From contig CAVPVX010000010.1 of the NCBI GenBank assembly GCA_963709345.1, positions 32,001-96,000 of the forward strand: a stretch of 64,000 bases of DNA, in the 5' to 3' direction. A program made the position numbers and the translations under genes. Under the pieces are notes generated by a model, which was not told the origin of the DNA, did not search any database, and saw only the letters and a program-made list of their open reading frames with translations. Of the stretch, positions 22,777 through 32,682 are shown piece by piece. Every line of letters starts with the position of its first letter. The first letter of the stretch is position 1. Origin of the DNA: an uncultured Actinomycetes bacterium. GTDB taxonomy: Bacteria > Actinomycetota > Thermoleophilia > UBA2241.

Positions 22777-23626
22777 ATGTCAGCAAAGAAGGGTCTTTTC
22801 GACCTGCACGAGATGAAACGCGCCGGCGAGAAGATCGCCTGGCTCACCGCCTATGACTACCCGACCGCCAGCTTCGAGGAGGCCGCCGGCGTCGACATGA
22901 TTCTGGTCGGCGACTCGCTCGGCATGTGCGTCTACGGCTACCAGGGCACGGTGCCGGTCACCATGGACCAGTGCATCGTGCACAGCGAGGCGGTGCGCCG
23001 CGGCGCGCCCAGCACTTTCGTCATCGGCGACATGCCGCTGGGCAGCTACCAGGCGTCCGACGAGGATGCGGTGACGAACGCCATCCGCTTCCTCAAGGAG
23101 GCGAACGTCGACGCGATCAAGCTCGAGGGCGGCGTGCGCACCGTGAGCCGCGTCAGGGCGATCCTCGACGCCGGGGTCGCCGTCTGCGGCCACATCGGCC
23201 TCACGCCGCAGAGCTCCGGACAACTCGGCGGCCACAAGGCCCAGGGCCGCACGCTCGAGTCCGCCAAGCTGGTGGTCGAGGACGCCCGCGCCCTCTACGA
23301 GGCGGGCGTCCAGCTGCTGCTCGTCGAGGCCGTGCCACCCGAGGTCGCCGGCTTCATCCGCGACGAGCTGCCGATCCCGGTGCTCGGCATCGGCGCCGGC
23401 GAGGATGTCGACGGCCAACTGCTCATCGTCACCGACGTGCTCGGCACCTTCGCGGCCTTCACGCCCAAGTTCGTGAAGAAGTACGCCGACCTCGCCGGCG
23501 TCTCGACCGCCGCGCTCACCGAGTACGTCAAGGACGTGCGCGGCGGCGCCTTCCCCGAGGAGCAGCACTGCTACCGCATGCTCGAGGGCGAGAACGAGAA
23601 GTTCGCGGAGTACACCGAAGGAATGA
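22777..23626 (+). CDS. panB: 3-methyl-2-oxobutanoate hydroxymethyltransferase family; apparent fusion to the downstream gene is due to an indel near 23615
   Basis: LTAYDY, LVGDSLGM, GDMP.GSY, KLEGG, GHIGLTPQS, GIGAG..DGQ.L..D, PKFVKKY; likely stop TGA 23624-23626. Confidence 0.88.
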
Positions 23627-24851
23627 CTTCACGCGCCGCGACAGACGACGTTCACCGCGGCGCAGCGTATCGCGCAGCTCGGCACCGAGACGGTCTTCGC
23701 CGTCTCGGCCGAGGCTGCGGCGCTCGCCGCTCAAGGCAAGACGGTCTACCCGTTCCACCTCGGAGATCTCAATCTCCCGACGCCGGAGAACGTCGTCGAG
23801 GCGTCGTTCCGGGCGATCCGGGACGGCAGGACGACCTACTGCCCCAACGCCGGCATCCCGCAGCTGCGGGATGCTCTGGCCGACGACGTGAGCCGCGCCC
23901 GCGGCCTCGACTACACGGCGGAGAACGTCTCCGTGCAGCCGGGCGGCAAGCCGGTGATCGCCAAGTTCCTCCTGACGCTCATGGACCCGGGCGACGAGGT
24001 GCTCTACCCGAACCCCGGGTTCCCGATCTACAGCTCGCTGATCGACTTCTTCGGCGGCGTGGCCGTGCCGTACACGTACACCGAGGGCAGCGACCGCTTC
24101 CACCTCGACCTCGAGGGTATCGAGCGACGCATCACCCCGCGCACGCGCCTCCTGATCCTCAACGACCTGCACAATCCCACGGCCGCCGAGTGCACGCCGG
24201 CGGAGCTCGAGAGGCTCGCTGAACTCGTCGTCGAGCACAACCTGCTCGTCCTCAGCGACGAGGCGTACTTCGATGTGCGCTTCACGGGCCGGAGCCGCTC
24301 GCTGGTCTCCCTGCCCGGCATGCGCGAGCGCTGTGTCATCCTCTACACGTTCTCCAAGAAGTACGCGATGACGGGGTGGCGACTCGGTGCTGCGATCGGG
24401 CCCAAGCCGATCATCGACATCATCACGAAGCTCAACGTCAACATCGAGTCGTGCCCCAATCACTTCGTTCAGTACGGCGCTGTGGCGGCGCTCACCGGCG
24501 ACCAGAGCGGTCCCCGCGAGATGATGGTGACGCTCAAGGGCCGCCGCGACGCCGCCCTCGAGGTCCTGAACGCGACGCCCGGAATCCGCTGCCTGACGCC
24601 GGAGACGACGTTCTACCTGTACCCCAACGTCACCGGCGCCCTCGAGCTGACGGGCTGCGCCTGATCACGAGAGCTTCCGCCGCCTCGTCCTCGAGCACAC
24701 CGGCGTGTCGTTCTGCACGCGCCTGCACTTCGGCCACGCGCTCGACGGCGAGGACCAGTACTATCTGAGGCTCGCTTACTCGGGCCTCGACACCGCGCAG
24801 ATCCAGGAGGGCCTCGGCAAGCTCAAGGCCTTCGTCGAGAGTCACACATGA
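23623..24851 (+). CDS. Class I/II PLP aminotransferase (aspartate aminotransferase-like; indels near 23635 and 24660)
   Basis: FHLGDLN..TP, Y.PNAGIPQLR, HNPT, SDEAY, TFSKKYAMTGWRLG; C-terminus (GVSFC...YLRLAYS) continues in another frame to TGA 24849-24851. Confidence 0.85.
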
Positions 24852-24871
24852 TCCTCTGAGGAGATGAGACG

Positions 24872-26326
24872 ATGAACGACCTGCCCACCTCTGTGCTGAA
24901 CAGCCGTCTGACGCTCCTCTCGGAGGAGAAGTGCCAGATGATCTACGACGCCGCCCTCACGATCATCGCCGACATCGGCATGACCGTGCCGCACGCCGAA
25001 GCACGCGAGATGCTCGTGAAGGGCGCGGGAGCCACCGTCGAGGGCGACGACCTCGTCAGGATCCCGCGTGAGGCCGTGGACAGGGCGCGCGAGACCGTGC
25101 CGTCCATGATCCCGGTCTACGACCGGGGCGGCGAGCTCGCGATGCAGCTCGGCGGCCACAACTCGTACTTCGGCACGGGCTCGGACCTCATGAGCATCTA
25201 CGACTTCGAGACTCGCGAGCGCCGCCAGAGCGTGCTCGCCGACACGGCGCGCATGGCGCACCTGTGCGACGGCCTCCCCAACATCGACTTCATCATGTCG
25301 GCCGCTCACCCGCACGACATCGACGCGTACGCCTCCTACCTCGAGTGCTACCGCGCCATGGTGAGCAACACGACCAAGCCGATGGTCATGACCGCCGCCG
25401 GCAAGGACGACATCGAGGTCATGTGGAGGATCGCCTGCGAGTTCCGCGGCGGCGCGGAGGAGCTGCGCGAGAAGCCATACTTCATCCAGTACGGCGAGCC
25501 CGTCAGCCCGCTGCAGCACGCGCCAGAGGTCCTGGACAAGCTGCTCTTCTGCGCCGACTGGGGCATCCCGCTGATCTACTCCCCGGCGCCGATCGCCGGC
25601 GCCACGGCGCCGATCACCCACGCCGGCCACATCGTTCAGGCAGTCGCCGAGTCGCTCTTCGGCGTCGTCATCCACCAGCTGCGCCGTCCCGGCTCGCCGC
25701 TGCTCACCGGCATGGGCCCGGTCAAGCTCGACATGAACACCGTGCAGGCTCTCTACAACTCGGCCGAGTACTACACGACGTATCTCGGCATCACCGAGAT
25801 GGCCAAGTGGATGGATATCCCCAACTGGGGCTACGCCGGCACCAGCGACTCGCAGTGTGTCGACGCCAACGCCGGCATCGACATCACCGAGCTCACCTTG
25901 CTCTCCATGCAGGCCGGCTCCAACCTCAACCACGACATCGGCTACCTCGACTTCGGTCTCACCGGCGCCGGCGAGCTCGTCGTGCTCACGGACGAGGTCA
26001 TCTCGATGAACCGGCGCGCGCTCGAGGGCATCGAGGTCACCGAGGAGACGCTGGCGCTCGACGCCATCGCCGCGGTGGGTCAGGGCGGCGACTTCCTCGG
26101 CCAGAAGCACACCAAGCGGCACGTGCGCCAGCTGCAGTGGCGGCCGACCGTCCTCAATCGCAGCACCCGGAAGAACTGGGAGGCCGAAGGCTCGCTCGAC
26201 GCCACCGAGAAGGCGCATCGCAAGCTCGTGGACATCATGACCAACCACAAGCCCGAACCGCTTGGCGCCGAGATGAAGGCCAAGGTCGACGCGATGGTCG
26301 ACGCCTTCGTAGCGGCCGGCAAGTGA
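24872..26326 (+). CDS. Non-pyrrolysine trimethylamine methyltransferase (MttB superfamily)
   Basis: PVSPL, AGATAPIT.AG, PNWGYAG-T-SDS..D..AG, GQGGDFLGQKHT; Thr at the Pyl-equivalent position. Confidence 0.9.
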   Translation: MNDLPTSVLNSRLTLLSEEKCQMIYDAALTIIADIGMTVPHAEAREMLVKGAGATVEGDDLVRIPREAVDRARETVPSMIPVYDRGGELAMQLGGHNSYFGTGSDLMSIYDFETRERRQSVLADTARMAHLCDGLPNIDFIMSAAHPHDIDAYASYLECYRAMVSNTTKPMVMTAAGKDDIEVMWRIACEFRGGAEELREKPYFIQYGEPVSPLQHAPEVLDKLLFCADWGIPLIYSPAPIAGATAPITHAGHIVQAVAESLFGVVIHQLRRPGSPLLTGMGPVKLDMNTVQALYNSAEYYTTYLGITEMAKWMDIPNWGYAGTSDSQCVDANAGIDITELTLLSMQAGSNLNHDIGYLDFGLTGAGELVVLTDEVISMNRRALEGIEVTEETLALDAIAAVGQGGDFLGQKHTKRHVRQLQWRPTVLNRSTRKNWEAEGSLDATEKAHRKLVDIMTNHKPEPLGAEMKAKVDAMVDAFVAAGK

Positions 26327-26381
26327 ACCGGACCGAGACGTTCGCGCCCGCGGCGACCAAGCGTCGTAAGGAGGATCCCCA

Positions 26382-27032
26382 GTGTCCGAAGAGCTCTACG
26401 CACAGATGAAGCAGACCGTGATCGACGGCGAGGCCGAGGACGCCGAGCGGCTCGCCCAGGAGGGCCTCGACGCCGGCCTGCCCGCCGCCGACATCCTCGA
26501 CCAGGGCTTCGTCAAGGGCATCGAGGAGGTCGGCGACCTCTTCGGCCGCGGCGAGTTCTTCCTCCCCGAGCTCGTCCAGGGCGCCGAGGCGATGAAGGCC
26601 GCCGTGGCCGTCCTGCAGCCCGCCCTCGACGCCTCCGGTGGCGGCCGTAAGGCGCTCGGCAAGGCCGTCGCCGGCACCGTCGCCGGCGACATCCACGAGA
26701 TCGGCAAGACGATCGTCTGTTCCATGCTCTCCGCCGCCGGCTTCACCGTCACCGACGTCGGCTGCGACGTACCGGTCGAGGACTTCGTTGCCGCGGTCAA
26801 GGACTCCGGCGCCGACCTGCTCCTGCTCTCCGCCCTGCTGACCACGACGATGCCCAACCAGCAGAAGACGATCGAGGCGCTCAAGGAGGCCGGCCTGCGG
26901 GACTCGGTCAAGGTGATGATCGGCGGCGCCCCGACGACCCGCGCCTGGGCCGACGAGATCGGCGCCGACGGCTACGCCGAGGACGCGATCGAGGCCGTGG
27001 CCACCGCCAAGACGATCCTCGGGGTCGGCTGA
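26382..27032 (+). CDS. Corrinoid (B12-binding) methyl-carrier protein, MttC/MtbC-like
   Basis: GEFFLPEL, GDIHEIGK (DxHxxG), SALLTTTM, VMIGGAP, GADGYAEDA. Confidence 0.93.
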   Translation: MSEELYAQMKQTVIDGEAEDAERLAQEGLDAGLPAADILDQGFVKGIEEVGDLFGRGEFFLPELVQGAEAMKAAVAVLQPALDASGGGRKALGKAVAGTVAGDIHEIGKTIVCSMLSAAGFTVTDVGCDVPVEDFVAAVKDSGADLLLLSALLTTTMPNQQKTIEALKEAGLRDSVKVMIGGAPTTRAWADEIGADGYAEDAIEAVATAKTILGVG

Positions 27033-27318
27033 GGGCGGGATCACGCAGACCGGATGTACCTCGGCGGGGCGACGGCCGTCTTCCCCCTCCCGTCACTCGC
27101 CGTCATGCCGCGGTCATCTGCGGTGAGCTCCGGCCGGGCAGCTCCGTCTGCCCGGCCGGAGCGACGATGCTTGGCGCCGTGGTCGAAGGCGCCGCCGCGT
27201 GGGCCCGCCGCCGGCCCGACCGCGGAGTGCTTGCGCCGGGCAGGGGCCGGTGTACTGTCGGCAGGACTGTCGTGCGCGCCCCGGCCGGGGCGTGTGAACG
27301 CACCCTGGGAGGCGTGAG

Positions 27319-28296
27319 GTGGACCTTACCTATCTGAGCCGGAAGGATGTCGAGGGCCTCGGGGTGTCCATGAAGGAAGTCCTCGACGCGCTCGACCGCG
27401 GCTTTGCCGCGAAAGGCCGGGGGAACGTCGAGATGCCGCCCAAGCCCGGTATCCACCCGCGGCCCGACTGCTTCATCCACGCCATGCCGGCGTACGTCCG
27501 GGAACTGGATGTCGCCGGCGTCAAGTGGGTCTCCGGCTACCCGCCCAACACCGCCAAGGACCTGCCTTACATCAACGGTCTGCTGGTGCTGAACGATTGC
27601 GAGACCGGCGTGCCGCTGGCCGTCATGGACTGTGTCTGGATCACCGCCATGCGTACCGGCGCGAGCGTCGGGATCTCTGCCAGATACCTGGCGCGGGCCG
27701 GCAGCGCGACGGCTGCAGTCGTCGGGTGCGGCGTCCAGGCGCGCACCAGCCTCATGGCGCTGGTCGAGGAGCTGCCGGCGCTCGCCGAAATTCGCTGCTA
27801 TGACCTCGCGCCGCAGGCGGCGCAGCGATTCATCGCCGACATGTCGGCGCGCTTCCCGGCGCTCCGCTTCGTCTCCTGCCGTTCGGCGCCCGAGGCCGTG
27901 CGCCCGGCCGACGTCACGGTCACGGCGATCCCCATCGTCGTCGATCCCAGCCCCGACCTCGACGCCGGCACTCTCAAAGAGGGCGGTCTGGCCGTCGCGC
28001 TCGACTACGACTCGGCCTGGAGCAGCGCAGCGATGCGGGAGTGCGACAGGTTCTGTTCGGACGACACCGGCCAGCTTCTGGCTACCAGGGAGCACGGCGT
28101 GCACTTCGGTGGCACCCCCGCGGTCTTCAGCGCCGATCTCGGCGAACTCGCCGCGGGTCTCAAGCCGGGACGCGAGAGCGACGCCGAGCGCATCTTCTCG
28201 ATGAACATGGGCATCGCCGTCCACGACGTCGTGACGGCTGCGTTGGTGTACAAGCGGGCTCTGGAGCGTGAGGCGGGCGCTTGCCTCCAACTCTGA
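27319..28296 (+). CDS. Ornithine cyclodeaminase / mu-crystallin family protein
   Basis: PPKPGIHP, HAMPA, KWVSGYP.N, ITAMRTGA, GCGVQA, NMGIAVHD. Confidence 0.88.
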   Translation: MDLTYLSRKDVEGLGVSMKEVLDALDRGFAAKGRGNVEMPPKPGIHPRPDCFIHAMPAYVRELDVAGVKWVSGYPPNTAKDLPYINGLLVLNDCETGVPLAVMDCVWITAMRTGASVGISARYLARAGSATAAVVGCGVQARTSLMALVEELPALAEIRCYDLAPQAAQRFIADMSARFPALRFVSCRSAPEAVRPADVTVTAIPIVVDPSPDLDAGTLKEGGLAVALDYDSAWSSAAMRECDRFCSDDTGQLLATREHGVHFGGTPAVFSADLGELAAGLKPGRESDAERIFSMNMGIAVHDVVTAALVYKRALEREAGACLQL

Positions 28297-28437
28297 TGCG
28301 GCCGGCGGGCGCTTGCAGAGCGACGGTCGCGTCGAGACGCACGAGGTCTGTTCGGTGCGCGAGCGTGGAGAGGCGACGGTGAAAGGGCGTGCACTCCCCC
28401 GGGCCGAGCTGCAGGCGAACGAGAGCGAGGAGGCGTC

Positions 28438-29832
28438 GTGACGAGACCGTCACTGGATGAACAGGGATGTGCGCGGGTCCACACCGCAGCGGTGCGGCTT
28501 CTGGAGACGGTCGGCTGCGACGTTCTTGATCCCGAAGCGCTGGCGTTGCTGGCTGCGCACGGAGCCACCGTCGACGGCGCGCGTGCCCGCTTCGGTGAGG
28601 ACCTCGTCGCGAAGGCTCGAGCCACGGCGCCGTCCGGGTACACCCTCGCCGGTCGCCGGCCCGAGCTCGACCTGCGCATCGCGCTCGACGCTCCGCCTGT
28701 ACTGGCGAGCGCGTCGGGACCGCCGTTCGTGCTGAGCGGCGACGAGTGCCGTCCGGGGACGTTCGCGGACCTGCGGACGGCCGTGGCGCTCGCCCACCTT
28801 TCGCCAAACATCGCCGTGCTTGGCTACAGCGTGGAGCCGAACGACGTGCCCGAGGATCGGCGTGCGCGGCTGATCTCGCATGCGCACGTGACGGGCAGCG
28901 ACAAGATCAGCCGTTTCACCGTCACGACCTTGGACGAGCTGCGGGTCGCGATGGACGTGCTCGAGATACTCTACGGCGCGCAGTGGCACGAGCGTCCGCG
29001 CCTCTGGACCGTCATCAATACGACCTCCCCCTTGCAGTTCTCGGCTGCGGGCGCGCAGGTGCTGCTGCGTCTGGCTCGGCTCGGCCAGCCGGTGCTGGTC
29101 GCGGTCTGCGCCATGGGCGGCACCACGGCTCCCATCACCTTGGCCGGCCTCCTCACCGTCCAACACGCGGAGCTTCTCGTGGGGCTCGTCCTCTCGCAGC
29201 TCGCCCGCCCGGGGTGCCCCTTCCTCTACGGGGGCACCTCGTCTGTCTCTTCGATGCAGACGGGCGCCCTGATGATCGGCGCTCCGGAGTACTGGTCGCT
29301 GATGGAAGCGACCGTGCAGCTCGGCCACTGGCTGGGCGCGCCGGTGCGCGCCGGCGGGTCCATCACCGACTCGCACCTCCCCGATGCGCAGGCCGGCATC
29401 GAGTCGGCGCTGGCTGCGGACGCCGTCCTTCGCATGGACGTACAGTGCGTGCTGCACGCCGCCGGCATCCTCTCGTCGTTCAACTGCTACTCGCCCGTCA
29501 AGTTCGCGATCGACGACGAGGTGCTCACGGCGCTTCGCATCGCCAGGCGGCCCGTCGTCATCGACGACGAGACCCTGGCGCTCGACGTGATCGCCGCCGC
29601 CGGACCGGGCGGCACCGTGCTGGGCCAGGCTCACACCCGCCGCCATGCCCGCGAGGCCGCCAGAAGCACCATCATGAATCGCGCTCCCTACGAGACGTGG
29701 CGCGGCCTCGGCGGCCGGGACCTGGCCACGGTGGCCGCGGAGCGCGTGGCCGCGCAGCTCGAGCAGTACGAGCCTCCCGACGACCTCGACCCGGTGATGC
29801 GCCGGCAGCTCGACGCGTACTGCCTGGAGTAG
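28438..29832 (+). CDS. Non-pyrrolysine MttB-superfamily methyltransferase
   Basis: INTTSPLQ, MGGTTAPITLAG, PVRAGGS-I-TDS..PDAQAG.ES, HAAGIL; ends in TAG. Confidence 0.88.
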   Translation: MTRPSLDEQGCARVHTAAVRLLETVGCDVLDPEALALLAAHGATVDGARARFGEDLVAKARATAPSGYTLAGRRPELDLRIALDAPPVLASASGPPFVLSGDECRPGTFADLRTAVALAHLSPNIAVLGYSVEPNDVPEDRRARLISHAHVTGSDKISRFTVTTLDELRVAMDVLEILYGAQWHERPRLWTVINTTSPLQFSAAGAQVLLRLARLGQPVLVAVCAMGGTTAPITLAGLLTVQHAELLVGLVLSQLARPGCPFLYGGTSSVSSMQTGALMIGAPEYWSLMEATVQLGHWLGAPVRAGGSITDSHLPDAQAGIESALAADAVLRMDVQCVLHAAGILSSFNCYSPVKFAIDDEVLTALRIARRPVVIDDETLALDVIAAAGPGGTVLGQAHTRRHAREAARSTIMNRAPYETWRGLGGRDLATVAAERVAAQLEQYEPPDDLDPVMRRQLDAYCLE

Positions 29833-29895
29833 GCCCCGCTCGGACGGCGAGCTTCTCCAGCGGCTCGGGTTGCGCGCCGCACGGCGCGCCGAGGG

Positions 29896-30600
29896 CTACC
29901 GGCCGGCCGACCCGTTTCGGGACCATTCTTCCAGCGAGCCCGTGAGCGAGTTCTCGAGCAGCCGGGTGAGGGCCCGATAGGGCTTGGCGAGGTCCAGCTG
30001 CGGGTCGATCGCGGCCTGGATGGCGAGACCATCGATGACGGCGCTCATCAGCTGGGCGAGACCGAGGAGGTCGGGGTCCGCCAGCGCTTCGGCGCCGTCG
30101 TCCGCACCGAGCCAGTTCAGCTTCAGGCTCCAGTACCACTGATAGAGCAGCGCGAGGCGGCAGCGAAGCATCTCGTCGCGCAGGACATGGGGCAGGAGTT
30201 CGAAGAAGACCTGGAAGTCCTCGGCGGCGGTGTCCATGCGCATCATCTCCTCGACCAGGCGCCGGGTGCGCTGGCCGGGCTCGACGTTCTTCATACTGTC
30301 GAGCGACACCAGATACTCGTCGTGGATCACGGAGTCGAGGACGGCGGCGATGAGGCCGGCCTTGTTCTCAAAGTAGTAGGAGACCATGGCCTTGTTCTCG
30401 CCGGCGCGGTCGCTCACGGCCTTGAGCGTGAGAGCCTTGAAGCCCTCGTCGGCGACGATCTCCTTGGCCGCGACGAGCAGCTTGCGCGCGGTCGCGGGGA
30501 GCGACGAGAGCGGATCCTCGAAGGTGAACTTCAGACGCGTTCGCGTGGCGTGCGCGCCGGCTGCCTCATGCTTGTTGAATCCTGACTGCCGGGTCTCCAT
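29896..30600 (-). CDS. TetR-family repressor with BetI-type C-terminal region
   Basis: HTH LTLKAVSDRAGENKAMVSYYFENK; C-terminal AVIDGLAIQAAIDP; G-rich RBS before ATG 30600. Confidence 0.88.
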   Translation of the reverse strand: METRQSGFNKHEAAGAHATRTRLKFTFEDPLSSLPATARKLLVAAKEIVADEGFKALTLKAVSDRAGENKAMVSYYFENKAGLIAAVLDSVIHDEYLVSLDSMKNVEPGQRTRRLVEEMMRMDTAAEDFQVFFELLPHVLRDEMLRCRLALLYQWYWSLKLNWLGADDGAEALADPDLLGLAQLMSAVIDGLAIQAAIDPQLDLAKPYRALTRLLENSLTGSLEEWSRNGSAGR

Positions 30601-30649
30601 GTGTTCCCCCCGCCTTTCCACACGAGCGACGCACGCTCGGTACCTGCGC

Positions 30650-30704
30650 TTGACATCACTCGCAGGCCGATGTGCAATTGGGGACTAATTGATCGGTCGA
30701 TTAG
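30650..30704 (+). promoter_or_regulatory. aor promoter (TTGACA-17-TGCAAT) with palindromic operator CTAATTGATCGGTCGATTAG (30685-30704)
   Basis: 18/20 match to palindrome CTAATTGACCGGTCAATTAG; lies between divergent tetR and aor. Confidence 0.8.
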
Positions 30705-30840
30705 CCCTCGGCCGTCATCCTATCAGACGGGGGCGTGACGCGAGAGACGAGCGTGCCGAGCCGCAGTGCCGGTGACGCTCGATCGTCGGTGACGAGTCCG
30801 CTCACCGGGACGCGTCGCCCGTCGACAGCTGAGGAGACAG

Positions 30841-32634
30841 ATGGATTTCTACAGCGGACAGGTACTCAGGCTCGATCTCTCCAGCCTGCACGCGTCGGTC
30901 GAGCCGCTCGACCTCGAGTGGGCCCGGCTCTACATCGGCGGCAAGGGACTGCTGCTGCGATATCTCTTCGCCGAACTGGCGCCGGGAACGGAAGCCCTCG
31001 CCCCGGAGAACCCGCTGATCCTGGCGACGGGGCCCTTCGCCGGCACTGCCGTGGCGACGTGCTCGCGCCTGGCGGTGGGCTGCAAGAGCCCGGCCACCGG
31101 CACGCTGCTCGACTCCTACGTCGGCGGCTCGTTCGCTCCCGAGCTCAAGTACGCCGGCTACGACCTCGTCATCGTGACGGGCCGCGCTCCCGAGCCGACC
31201 CTGGTGCGCATCGAGGACGATCACGTGGAGTTCGTGCCGGCCGAGGGCCGGTACTGGGGCCTCGAGACGGCGGCGCTCGAAGCGCTGATCCGCGAGGAGA
31301 TGGGGCCGGCGGCCAAGGTGCTCTCAACCGGGCCCGCCGGCGAGAACCTCGTGCCTTACGCGTGCCTCTCGACCGATCAGTACCACAAGGCCGGCCGCGG
31401 CGGCGCCGGAGCCGTGATGGGCAGCAAGAACCTGAAGGCCATCGCCGTTCGCGGCACCGGCGCCGTCACCGTGCCCGACATGACGGTCTTCGCGACCGAC
31501 ATGCTCCGGCTGCAGAACGAACGCGTCCTGACGGTCGACAACGCCTGGACGTACGAGGAGGGCACGCCGTTCCTCGTCGCCGCCGTCAACGGAGCCGGCG
31601 CTCTGCCGACGCGCAACTGGAGCACGGGCACCTTCGACGGCGCCGACACGATCGACTCGACGGCGCTGCTGAGCATCCGCACGAAGATCCGTGCGTGCAG
31701 CCAGTGCCCTCTAGCCTGCCGCCAGGTGCACGACTTCGGCGATCACGTCTGTGAGGGCCCCGAGTTCGAGACCCTGGGTCTCTGCGGCTCGAACTGCGGG
31801 GTGAGTGACCTGGCTGCGGTGGCCGCCTTCAACCGGGAGTGCGACGAACTCGGGCTCGACACCATGTCGACTGGTGCGGTCGTGGCCCTGGCCATGGACC
31901 TCTGCGAGCAGGGCGCCGCCGACTACGGCCTTGCCTTCGGCGACACGTCCGGCTACCTCGAGGCGCCGCGCCTGATCGCGAGCCGCCGGGGGTACGGCGC
32001 CGAGTTGGCGCTCGGCGCCCGGGATCTGGCGGCTCTCAAAGGCCGGCCAGACCTCGCCGTCGAAGTCAAGGGTCTGGAGATGCCCGCCTACGACCCCAGG
32101 GGCACGCACGGCATGGGCCTGAGCTACGCGACCTCCGACCGCGGCGCCTGCCACATGCGCGCCTTCACCGCCGCCGACGACATCCTCGGAGGCGACGGCG
32201 CCGCCGACTCGATGGAGGGCAAGGCCCGGCTGGTCGCCGACCAGCAGGACTTCAGCGCTCTTGCCTGGACCGGCGTGTGGTGTGCGAACATGGCGCTCGA
32301 CACCGACTTCATCGGCGTTCATCTGACGCACCTGTGGGGGCGCGCCGTCACGAGCGAAGAACTCATGACGACAGGCGCCCGCATCTGGAACCTGGGCAGG
32401 CTCCTCAATCTGCGTGAAGGTCTCCTGCGCAAGGACGACGACTTGCCGGAACGGATCCTCAGCGAGCCCCACCCCGACGGTGTCGCGGCCGGCCGGGTGG
32501 TCGGGGCGGACGCGTTCCGCGAGGCTCTGGACGAGTACTACCGGCTGCGCGGCTGGGACGCCGACGGCGTTCCGACCGCCGAGACGCTGGAAAGGCTCTC
32601 CTTGACCGAGGTGGCCGGCGGCTCAAGCACCTGA
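30841..32634 (+). CDS. aor: Aldehyde:ferredoxin oxidoreductase (W/Mo) family
   Basis: YIGGKGL, KSPATG, GPAGEN, GRGG.GAVMGSKNLKAI, C..CP..C, EGPEFET, D.LGLDTMS, RGACH. Confidence 0.92.
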   Translation: MDFYSGQVLRLDLSSLHASVEPLDLEWARLYIGGKGLLLRYLFAELAPGTEALAPENPLILATGPFAGTAVATCSRLAVGCKSPATGTLLDSYVGGSFAPELKYAGYDLVIVTGRAPEPTLVRIEDDHVEFVPAEGRYWGLETAALEALIREEMGPAAKVLSTGPAGENLVPYACLSTDQYHKAGRGGAGAVMGSKNLKAIAVRGTGAVTVPDMTVFATDMLRLQNERVLTVDNAWTYEEGTPFLVAAVNGAGALPTRNWSTGTFDGADTIDSTALLSIRTKIRACSQCPLACRQVHDFGDHVCEGPEFETLGLCGSNCGVSDLAAVAAFNRECDELGLDTMSTGAVVALAMDLCEQGAADYGLAFGDTSGYLEAPRLIASRRGYGAELALGARDLAALKGRPDLAVEVKGLEMPAYDPRGTHGMGLSYATSDRGACHMRAFTAADDILGGDGAADSMEGKARLVADQQDFSALAWTGVWCANMALDTDFIGVHLTHLWGRAVTSEELMTTGARIWNLGRLLNLREGLLRKDDDLPERILSEPHPDGVAAGRVVGADAFREALDEYYRLRGWDADGVPTAETLERLSLTEVAGGSST

Positions 32635-32682
32635 TCGACCGGGCGAGACCCGGCCCGGACGAGACCGAGAGCGAGGGGCGCC

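Noticed and set aside
22777-24222. 481-aa PanB fusion protein in the ORF track
   Set aside because: The extension is out-of-frame aminotransferase sequence caused by an indel near 23615
24662-24664. TGA in the aminotransferase as selenocysteine or read-through
   Set aside because: Homology continues in a different frame, so this is an indel and not an in-frame stop
29600-29898. Functional Pyl read-through of the terminal TAGs of tetR or mttB (29832)
   Set aside because: Both proteins are full length at the TAG, and the extensions run antisense into the convergent gene with no recognisable domain
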